This document shows positions 1 to 7,232 of a DNA stretch of 32,000 bases, one piece after another (within the stretch, counting starts at the first letter, position 1; every line of letters starts with the position of its first letter). The position numbers and the translations under genes were made by a program. Where the stretch lies: the NCBI GenBank assembly GCA_965279305.1, contig OZ257143.1:1290001-1322000 (forward strand), read 5' to 3'. Under the pieces are notes generated by a model. The model was given only the letters and a program-made list of their open reading frames with translations. It had not been told where the DNA came from and searched no databases. The stretch comes from Gammaproteobacteria bacterium (GTDB lineage: Bacteria; Pseudomonadota; Gammaproteobacteria; JBIOEC01).

Positions 1-2605
1 CAATTAAATCAGCTTCAGAATCTGGAAGATTTTTTGTTTTAGCCGTTTGAATTTCTTCCTTTGCTTTTTCCAGAAAATTATCCGTTTTGTATATTTTATA
101 TTTAGATAAATAAAGAAGTGCCAAAACGTAATGTTCAATATAAATATCAGAAAAATTTTTCCTAGGTGTAAATAATTGATTTTCTAAGTCTTGTTTTTTT
201 TCTGGACGAAGTGCCCAGTTATATACTTCTAATTGTTTGAAAATTTCTTTTGTACGCTCTGTATTAACGGGTAAATCAGTATCTAAAGAAGCACGTAAAT
301 GTTCCTCTAAATCATCTAATATTGAACCTGACAATTGATGAGTTGGTTGAGATAAAGTAAGTAAACTCAAATAAGACCTAATGGTGCCCCTTATAATACT
401 GAGCTGTCTATATTCAAAATGGCTTTTTATAAAGTTAGATGATTGTAGTTCTTTAATGATATTGTCAAGTAAATTTATAGTTTCATTATAATAAAGGTTT
501 GAATTTTCTTGATTTAAGAATAAATGATATATTATTCCTAATTGAAGTTGAGCCATTGATTTTAAAAAAAGCAGATCACTTTTTGAAAGAATTGTAGCAT
601 GGTCAATAGCAGTATTGTAATAAGTAATAAGTCCTTCATTTTTTTCCGCTAAAGCTAAAGCTAAAGAGATTTCTGCTATTAGAAAATGACATATATCTTT
701 TATGTATCGACAAATGCGCCCATAAGAGTTTTTTTCTGAGTAACTATCTTTTATTTCATTTATTAGTGCTTCGAATTCTTCTAACCTCTCTTTCAGTGCT
801 GCCTCGGTAGTGAATGTTATACGGGTTTGATATTTCTGTAGAGTGCTAAAAAAGAGAGTCAAGGAGGGTGGTGCCTCAGAATTAAAGGGACGAGAATTCA
901 TATGCAGGCTATTACCTTCAGCCAACGTATTTAAATGATAAATCATGGTTAAAAGCCATGCTTGGGTGTGGGAGTGGGCTTGAGCTTCAGGAAAAAGTTC
1001 AGCAAAAATTATTTGATGTTCGTGTGAAAGTTGACCGTTATTAGCAATTAAATCAAACAGTTCTAATGATATTTTATACTTACTTGAAAATAAAGAAGGT
1101 GATAATGCTCTTAAAAATTCATGGAGCCATAGTACCCTCCAGTTTTTAATCGATAGTGATAGAGACTTAATTGGTTGTGTAAATATACTACGTTTGATAG
1201 AGAGAGGTTTCTCCTCCCAAAAAATATCTTCATGACATTTGAGACTAGCCAGTGTACGTGCTTGCTGAACTACCAACAATTTTTCTTGATCTAAAAACCA
1301 TTCTACCGTTTTGGTATCTACTCGATTTACTAAAGCTGCAGTATGACTCATCACTACACAATTTTGTGCGGCTTGAAGAGGTACAGAAACAAGTGGGGGT
1401 GGCGTGGTAGCATACTGTCGCAGCGGATGCTGAAAATCAGCCTGTCCTTGTGAATTTAAAAGATAAATAGTAGGTTTGCCTTGAGCTTCTGTTAAAAAAG
1501 GAGCCTGAAGTAAGCTTTTGATATATGAAAGGAGAGAGGGTTTTTCATTGGTAAAGGCTTGATCATCTAAAGTTGCCATGCAAAGAGGCGTAATCATTCC
1601 CATAGCATCAATTGAATGATAAGGCAAAGAAGTCATCGCCGCAGAAGAGGATGAAAAGGAAGTATCCCAAGTATTGCATATAATAATGCTAGTAGTGCCA
1701 TCCATTTTTTTTGAGAATTGTACAATCACCGCATGAGTCTTCCATCCGGTGGCAATCGCATAATGATTACCTTTGGGTATGTGCTTAATTTTATTATAAA
1801 CATTCTCAGCAAGAACATTATAAAGTGGGTCGTGTTCAGTAGGGAGGAGTGTGGGAATGCTACACAGCTCTTTAGTCAACGTTAACATCTCTATTTCCAC
1901 TAATAACTCATTTTTGACTATATTAATCAACGTTTCCCTAGAGGTATTTATTGGATAATTTTTAATGAGCCCTTTTTGTAGATTGACCAAAATTTCAAAC
2001 AGAGCATGAATCCGTAACGGTAAAAAATATTGATGATACCAGAATTCTAAATAAAGAGGACCTTGTTGGGTGCGCCGCCATGCCCAGTTAAAACTAAAAA
2101 TGCTGACAATATAACGGTCACGTTGCTCATAATCATTATCATTAAGCCAGCGTCCAAGGTGCTGGGTGGCCAGCCGACTCGCATAATGAGCTATCATTGA
2201 TATATTGTTTTCTTGAGCTGATATTGCGGGTGTATCTTGATAGTTACTAGTACAAAAATCTAAGATTTTATTAAGCATAATTTCTGTAAAAGAGGAGCGT
2301 TGGCTTAAAAGAAACCTTAACAGATAGGCATTTTTTTGCTCAGCAACAAGCTGGGTAGGGGTTTTAAAGCTTTTATCTACTTCATGCACAGAGGCACCAT
2401 AGTTATTAATCAATTCCTTAAGCATTTCTTCTTTTTGTGAATCAGGTGCTTTATTTTTTATAACCACATGTAAGGGGCGCCCATTCTGACCCAGGATATT
2501 AGCATTAACTTTTCTATCAAAGAGAAATTTCCTAAACTTACTTTCCCAATCTCGGTTAGGCTCATTGCATTCATCTAAAAAATCTATCTCATTATTATTT
2601 AACAT
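1..2605 (-). CDS. Ankyrin-repeat protein, N-terminal 868 codons (partial; ORF continues past the left window edge)
   Basis: Absent from the supplied ORF track because there is no stop in the window. Manual check: ATG at 2605-2603 (minus), with an in-frame stop just upstream (plus tta 2612-2614). I scanned every plus-strand triplet in this frame from 2 to 2605 and found no tta/cta/tca. The N-terminus reads MLNNNEIDFLDECNEPNRDWESKFRKFLFDRKVNANILGQNGRPLHVVIKNKAPDSQKEEMLKELINNYGASVHEVDKSFKTPTQLVAEQKN, which is two ankyrin-type repeats. The remaining ~750 aa has no motif I recognise. Confidence 0.8.
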   Translation of the reverse strand, partial: MLNNNEIDFLDECNEPNRDWESKFRKFLFDRKVNANILGQNGRPLHVVIKNKAPDSQKEEMLKELINNYGASVHEVDKSFKTPTQLVAEQKNAYLLRFLLSQRSSFTEIMLNKILDFCTSNYQDTPAISAQENNISMIAHYASRLATQHLGRWLNDNDYEQRDRYIVSIFSFNWAWRRTQQGPLYLEFWYHQYFLPLRIHALFEILVNLQKGLIKNYPINTSRETLINIVKNELLVEIEMLTLTKELCSIPTLLPTEHDPLYNVLAENVYNKIKHIPKGNHYAIATGWKTHAVIVQFSKKMDGTTSIIICNTWDTSFSSSSAAMTSLPYHSIDAMGMITPLCMATLDDQAFTNEKPSLLSYIKSLLQAPFLTEAQGKPTIYLLNSQGQADFQHPLRQYATTPPPLVSVPLQAAQNCVVMSHTAALVNRVDTKTVEWFLDQEKLLVVQQARTLASLKCHEDIFWEEKPLSIKRSIFTQPIKSLSLSIKNWRVLWLHEFLRALSPSLFSSKYKISLELFDLIANNGQLSHEHQIIFAELFPEAQAHSHTQAWLLTMIYHLNTLAEGNSLHMNSRPFNSEAPPSLTLFFSTLQKYQTRITFTTEAALKERLEEFEALINEIKDSYSEKNSYGRICRYIKDICHFLIAEISLALALAEKNEGLITYYNTAIDHATILSKSDLLFLKSMAQLQLGIIYHLFLNQENSNLYYNETINLLDNIIKELQSSNFIKSHFEYRQLSIIRGTIRSYLSLLTLSQPTHQLSGSILDDLEEHLRASLDTDLPVNTERTKEIFKQLEVYNWALRPEKKQDLENQLFTPRKNFSDIYIEHYVLALLYLSKYKIYKTDNFLEKAKEEIQTAKTKNLPDSEADLI

Positions 2606-2996
2606 ATATACTTACCTTGTCATAAAGAAAAGACTCCCTGCAAAAAACCACTTCGCTATTATTGCTGCTCATAGGTTTTTTCAATTTTTAGGGCTAATGA
2701 AGAGGTGCACTTCATCTTTTCATACCAGATGAAGATACACTGCGACTAACTATCATAGGGTAAATGGTGTTAGAGGAGCAAGACTTGACTAGTCTAGCTC
2801 TCCTTTCTTTCCTCCATCAAAATTATTGCACCTGTTTAGCGTTTATTCAACTATGCTTATAATGAGTATTTTTGAATGTTGACGGGAATAATTATAGTGC
2901 TATGATCAAAATGATTTTTTTATATTTAATATACTATTAATCATAATTTACTATTACCATAATTATTAGAATTGAGAAATAAAAGCAGGAGAAAAA

Positions 2997-5213
2997 ATGA
3001 ATAAGAAAATAGTGATATGCTGTGACACTACTTTGGCATCTTCTGTTGCTTATACAAATTTAGCAAAATTCGCAGATATGATTTCATCTCGTAGCAATGA
3101 TAGCGCTACTCAGATTGTATTTTATGATGCAGGAGAAGTGAATGTGGCTAAAATTAATTCAGCCATATCTGCCGTCGATAAAGATAAAATGATAGATCGA
3201 ATCAAATCGGCTTATATATATTTAGCTCATAATTACGTTGAAGGAGATGAAATTTATTTATTTGGTTATAGTATGGGGTCTTATGTTGTTAAAGTTTTGG
3301 CAGATATGGTGAGTAAACTAGGTATTTGTAAGGAAAAATGTATTGAAAATATAAATGAAATATGGCGTACTTATAAAAGTTTTACTTCCAGAAGTAGTGA
3401 TTTATTTTACCAAGATGTTAAAATTTATTGCTTAGGTGTATTTGATCCGGTAGTTTCAAAAAATTTTCCACTCACAGTAAAAGATGAAGAAATTCAAAAA
3501 AGTTTAACCTCAGGAATTAAGGGAATGTTACCTGAAGGCATAGTACCTAAATTTACAGGTACACTCGATTATAATGTTACCAATCTCTTTCAGATTTCTG
3601 CTTCAGAAGAAAGTATTATTCGTTCAGTTCCTTGGAGTAATTCGACGAATCGTGTAAATGCGGTCTCTAAAAACTATAATTTTGAAGGAAATCGAGCTGA
3701 TATTGGAGGGACTGGTAATAAAGAAAAAGGTCTTTTGGCGCTTGGATGGATGATAGGAAATATAAAAGAGAATTGTAGATTGGCCTTTGACTTAGAAAAA
3801 ATAGAGGGTTTACCTATTCCATTTTCTCCAGATAATAATCCTGTTGGTGGAGCATCTTCATCAGGTCCAGCTCCTGTGGCCCCTACACCGACTGCTCAAC
3901 CCTCAACTCTGCCTGGTCCAAGTTCCGCTAATTCTTTAACAGCTATACGTCATCTTTTTACAGCTAAACGTGATGATGGTGCAGGAACCACAGCAGGAAC
4001 CACAGCAGGAACCACAGCAGGACCTAAAATACATAGAATAGTTATTTGTTTTGATGGAACTTGGAATAATTCAGATGAAGACCCACATTATACAAACATT
4101 AGTAAAATTACTGAGCTTTATGCTGCTAATGCTGTAGTTAGTCTAATAAAACAATCTGTATACTATGTGAATGGTATAGGTTCAGGCACACATGGACGTT
4201 TTACAGCTGGTTATAATGGAGATGAAATACATGAAAAAATAAAAGATGGATATCATGTGATTGCTCGCGCATACAGAGACATGCTTGATGAACAGGAAAT
4301 GTTTCCTGATTATCAGTATGTTTTTGAGGTATGGCTTTTTGGTTTTAGTCGAGGTGCTTATACAGCTTGTTCGCTTGCAGGTCTCATTAGATATGTAGGA
4401 ATACCTTCTACTCTTCTTACTACACCCGATGAAGATCTTAACCCTATTGCTCAGGCTTATAATGCGTATAGAAATCGTATTAAGCAGCCGCGTCTTCTTC
4501 TAGAGCTCAAAAATGGAAAAAATTTTGATCTAATCAATATAAAATTTTTAGGGGTATTTGATACCGTACGAGCACTTTCTAATGGCATCGATAGGGCTAA
4601 TTATGATTTTCTTGATGCAAGCTTAGGGCACCCTGATGAATATGTATGGATAGAGTATGCTTATCATGCATTAGCACTTGATGAAAGGAGAAAACCATTC
4701 AAGCCTGAAATTTGGCAAGGAAATCGCCATCCCAGAACAACTGTGGAGCAAGTATGGTTTCCGGGAGTTCATTCGGATATTGGTGGTGGGTACCCTGCAG
4801 GAGAATCTCATTTATCACAGATCACTTTAAATTGGATGCTAGAGCGGGCTGTAGCGCGAGGATTTTTGCTTAGAAATAACACGCACGAGAAATTAAAACA
4901 ATATATTGCTCGAACAAGTCATGCAGATAACAATTCTTCTATTCTTCATAATCCGATTACAACAGCAAGACTACCATTAGGAGCTTATTATACAGCAACT
5001 CAAAAACCCAGAAAAATTTGTGACGCATATCAAGATCCAATTCGACATACTCACCCCAAACGCAATCTATTAAGTGGAAGAAAAAATTGTACATTCGAAA
5101 AAGTATCAATTAGTGTTTCCGTTAGAGATCGAATATTGGCTAGGAGAGACTATAGGCCAGATCTTTCACTCGCAACACCGGAAGTGAGAAATCGATACCC
5201 ATTTCCATCCTAG
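2997..5213 (+). CDS. Protein with two tandem DUF2235 (Tle1-like alpha/beta-hydrolase, putative phospholipase) domains joined by a Pro/Ala/Thr linker
   Basis: The C-terminal copy (aa ~346-640) carries the full DUF2235 motif series: IVICFDGTWNN, VYYVNGIGSG, LFGFSRGAYTACSLAGLI (GxSxG, Ser451), FLGVFDTVRAL, HALALDERRKPFKPEIW, EQVWFPGVHSDIGGGY. The N-terminal copy (aa 1-275) is degenerate: IVICCDTT, VFYDAGEV, LFGYSMGSYVV, CLGVFDPV, RADIGGTG. AGGAGA lies 6 nt upstream of the ATG. Confidence 0.85.
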   Translation: MNKKIVICCDTTLASSVAYTNLAKFADMISSRSNDSATQIVFYDAGEVNVAKINSAISAVDKDKMIDRIKSAYIYLAHNYVEGDEIYLFGYSMGSYVVKVLADMVSKLGICKEKCIENINEIWRTYKSFTSRSSDLFYQDVKIYCLGVFDPVVSKNFPLTVKDEEIQKSLTSGIKGMLPEGIVPKFTGTLDYNVTNLFQISASEESIIRSVPWSNSTNRVNAVSKNYNFEGNRADIGGTGNKEKGLLALGWMIGNIKENCRLAFDLEKIEGLPIPFSPDNNPVGGASSSGPAPVAPTPTAQPSTLPGPSSANSLTAIRHLFTAKRDDGAGTTAGTTAGTTAGPKIHRIVICFDGTWNNSDEDPHYTNISKITELYAANAVVSLIKQSVYYVNGIGSGTHGRFTAGYNGDEIHEKIKDGYHVIARAYRDMLDEQEMFPDYQYVFEVWLFGFSRGAYTACSLAGLIRYVGIPSTLLTTPDEDLNPIAQAYNAYRNRIKQPRLLLELKNGKNFDLINIKFLGVFDTVRALSNGIDRANYDFLDASLGHPDEYVWIEYAYHALALDERRKPFKPEIWQGNRHPRTTVEQVWFPGVHSDIGGGYPAGESHLSQITLNWMLERAVARGFLLRNNTHEKLKQYIARTSHADNNSSILHNPITTARLPLGAYYTATQKPRKICDAYQDPIRHTHPKRNLLSGRKNCTFEKVSISVSVRDRILARRDYRPDLSLATPEVRNRYPFPS
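3981..4022 (+). repeat. In-frame 12-bp tandem repeat, gcaggaaccaca x3 plus a partial copy, encoding (AGTT)3AG in the inter-domain linker
   Basis: Read directly: gcaggaaccaca at 3981, 3993 and 4005, then gcagga at 4017. Confidence 0.95.
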
Positions 5214-5272
5214 CTTGATGCTAAAAAGGGCAAATCTTGATATATGATATTTTAAACTTAAGACTAAATTTT

Positions 5273-5334
5273 TTTATATATTTTTACTATAATAGTTCTA
5301 TTAATAATTAAAAGGAATAAAATATGGGATGGGA
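5273..5334 (+). repeat. Copy 1 of a ~62-bp promoter/5'UTR/start-codon block (second copy at 7008-7068)
   Basis: 5273-5309 is identical to 7008-7044 (tttatatatttttactataatagttctattaataatt). Similarity continues through atatgggatg with one indel. The block contains a tataat hexamer at 5288-5293, 31 bp upstream of the ATG at 5324. Confidence 0.85.
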
Positions 5335-6178
5335 AATTGATGCGCTAAAAACGGCTGTTTCTGCTTATGCTCAATATGAGAAAGACAAGGCAACGGAAGC
5401 CAGTCTTGATTCATTGAACTCTCAGCTTGTAGAAGTAAGACGTTTAATTGTAGAAAACCATGCTCGTATTATACAAGCGATTATGGATATAAAAAGAGAC
5501 GAGCTAGAAGGGCGGTTAAATGGTCATTTAGATCAATTTCGTTTATTACCCAATTTACCTAAAGCCTCGAGAATAATTTTTCAATCTGAAAGTGCTTATT
5601 TGACGGGGGAGTTAAAAGCACTTGCAAGCAATAAAAGCTATAAACCTGAATATTTGTATGATTTTTTACGAATGCTTGTCATGCTAGCACCCATTCATGC
5701 GTTTGGGAATCGTATTATTGGAGTATCTGATGTAAGGTATCTTTTTGAAGGGGCTCACGCATTATGTATTGACTATACAAAACGGCCTCCACCAATGAGA
5801 GGAACCAAGGATAACTGGGTTGATCCAGCGTTTAGAGCAGATAGTAAAGAGCAAGCAGGTGATAAATTTCGTCAGTGGTTGGATACTGAAGTACATCCTC
5901 TGAGTAGAATGCTAATCGAAGGATGTTGGGAGATGTGTCAGTCGAGTAGCCTCTTATGGTATGCCAGTGTTAATGGAAAATCAGTTCCTGATATATTAAA
6001 TCCTACGTATGAAACAGGACAAAATATGCTGGAATTATGGTGGACTGTAAATGGGCGCGATGAATTTAAATTAGTTCTGCAGATGCAAGAGGAGATGCAG
6101 AGAGTTTTGGATTTTTTACCAAAATATCTAGAAGCCCCAACGACTGGAGCTTTAACCTATTCAGCAGGACCAGCATAG
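5324..6178 (+). CDS. Hypothetical protein (284 aa), no recognisable domain
   Basis: Long ORF with an AAAAGGAA-type SD region upstream. The C-terminus is small/polar (APTTGALTYSAGPA). Confidence 0.6.
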   Translation: MGWEIDALKTAVSAYAQYEKDKATEASLDSLNSQLVEVRRLIVENHARIIQAIMDIKRDELEGRLNGHLDQFRLLPNLPKASRIIFQSESAYLTGELKALASNKSYKPEYLYDFLRMLVMLAPIHAFGNRIIGVSDVRYLFEGAHALCIDYTKRPPPMRGTKDNWVDPAFRADSKEQAGDKFRQWLDTEVHPLSRMLIEGCWEMCQSSSLLWYASVNGKSVPDILNPTYETGQNMLELWWTVNGRDEFKLVLQMQEEMQRVLDFLPKYLEAPTTGALTYSAGPA

Positions 6179-6181
6179 TAA

Positions 6182-6236
6182 AGTGTGCAAACTGTCAGTA
6201 ATATCACACATTATTCTGAGTGGGAATAATGATATC
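6182..6236 (+). repeat. Collapsed remnant of the module found intact at 13365-14038 (retropepsin-like gene deleted)
   Basis: 6182-6215 aligns with 13365-13398 (agtgtgcaaactgt.ag.aatatcaca..., ~29/34). 6214-6236 aligns with 14017-14038 (ttctga.tgggaataa..atatc). The intervening ~620 bp is absent here. Confidence 0.7.
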
Positions 6237-6266
6237 TTGGGAGTGTGCTGGCTAAATCTCGAAAAA

Positions 6267-6295
6267 GCCAATGTCAAATGTCAAGACTTGACCCC
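6267..6295. repeat. 29-bp junction motif gccaatgtcaaatgtcaagacttgacccc (copy without an adjacent tRNA fragment)
   Basis: Identical to 8877-8905. Contains the direct repeat atgtcaa x2 and the 13-bp palindrome gtcaagacttgac (6280-6292). Confidence 0.9.
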
Positions 6296-6316
6296 TTTAA
6301 TCTTTGCTTAAACTTG

Positions 6317-6751
6317 CTATGACTTATAATTCTCTTTAAATTCACGCATTGCTTCGCCTATGCGAGTTAGCTCTGTTTCATCTAAGAATTTCTTTACTTT
6401 AGGGAATAGCCCTTTCTCTTCTTCTTTCGCGTGATGTTCTACATCTTTTTGGAATTTAATTAGTTCTTTTTCCCATTCAGAAGAATCCATAATTTTTGTT
6501 AAGTGGTCTATAAGTTTACTAGCATCTTTTTCTTCGTGGAGGAGATGCTTAATTTCCTCAAGGAGCTCTTTATTAGCGCTTAATTTAGGGTACCAAACAG
6601 TTTGCTCCATCTCTTCATGTCTGACCAGCTCATTTTTAATAGTTTCAAACAGATGTATTTTGGTTTCTTTCTTATGGCTCGGATCATTTAAATCTGCTAG
6701 TAAGGTACGAACTTTATGATGTTCTTTTATTAAAAAATCGATAGCATTCAT
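6317..6751 (-). CDS. Hemerythrin HHE cation-binding domain protein
   Basis: His/Glu motifs are spaced as in hemerythrin-like four-helix bundles: LIKEHHKV, VRHEEMEQ, HLLHEEKD, VEHHAKEEE. The ORF opens at 6766, but GGAGGA lies 7 nt upstream of the second ATG (6751), which I take as the start. Confidence 0.8.
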   Translation of the reverse strand: MNAIDFLIKEHHKVRTLLADLNDPSHKKETKIHLFETIKNELVRHEEMEQTVWYPKLSANKELLEEIKHLLHEEKDASKLIDHLTKIMDSSEWEKELIKFQKDVEHHAKEEEKGLFPKVKKFLDETELTRIGEAMREFKENYKS

Positions 6752-7007
6752 TAGATTATCCTCCATGAAATATTAAATTTATAGTAAACTTTTATTAGTT
6801 TGTCAAAATATTGCAATAATATCGCAGATTATAATATTTTTTTTATAAAATTTTACATTTCCACTGAAAATGCTATAGTCAAATATCGTCCTAAACTTAT
6901 CGGCGGTGTAAAATGAGTATTAAAAACCTGCTGAAAACGAGATATTAATAGAACTTGTTTATTTCTCCTAGTTGAGTTTTTTTACAATTTGAAAGTTTTC
7001 CGTATTA

Positions 7008-7068
7008 TTTATATATTTTTACTATAATAGTTCTATTAATAATTTACAGGATAAGATATGGGATGCGA
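7008..7068 (+). repeat. Copy 2 of the promoter/5'UTR/start-codon block of the 5324 gene, now fused to unrelated remnants
   Basis: See 5273-5334. The downstream 'ORF' 7058-7240 starts MGC... compared with MGW... for the 5324 gene. Confidence 0.85.
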
Positions 7069-7131
7069 ATTCGTGAACTTTAAAACAGCCCCAGGACTAA
7101 TATGTGCAGGCGGTGCATGCACAATTATGAC
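7067..7131 (+). repeat. Remnants of the KilA-N gene and of the hairpin that follows it (intact copies at 14286-14319 and 14907-14932)
   Basis: 7067-7100 (gaattcgtgaactttaaaacagccccaggactaa) aligns with 14286-14319 at 31/34. 7101-7126 aligns with 14907-14932 at ~21/26. About 590 bp of KilA-N coding sequence is missing between the two pieces. Confidence 0.75.
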
Positions 7132-7143
7132 TAAAAGGTATTT

Positions 7144-7225
7144 GCCTCGGGCAGGAATTGAACCTGCGACCTTCCCCTTAGGAGGAGAAAAGAAAACCAA
7201 TGTCAAATATCAAGACTTGACCCCC
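7144..7225 (-). repeat. tRNA-Arg(CCU) 3'-end fragment (7144-7185) plus 29-bp junction motif (7197-7225); att-type scar
   Basis: The minus strand reads CCTCCTAAGGGGAAGGTCGCAGGTTCAATTCCTGCCCGAGGC: anticodon loop CUCCUAA (anticodon CCU), variable region, T-arm GCAGG-TTCAATT-CCTGC and 3' acceptor strand. No D-arm or 5' acceptor strand follows, so this is not a functional tRNA. Confidence 0.75.
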
Positions 7226-7232
7226 TTTGGCA

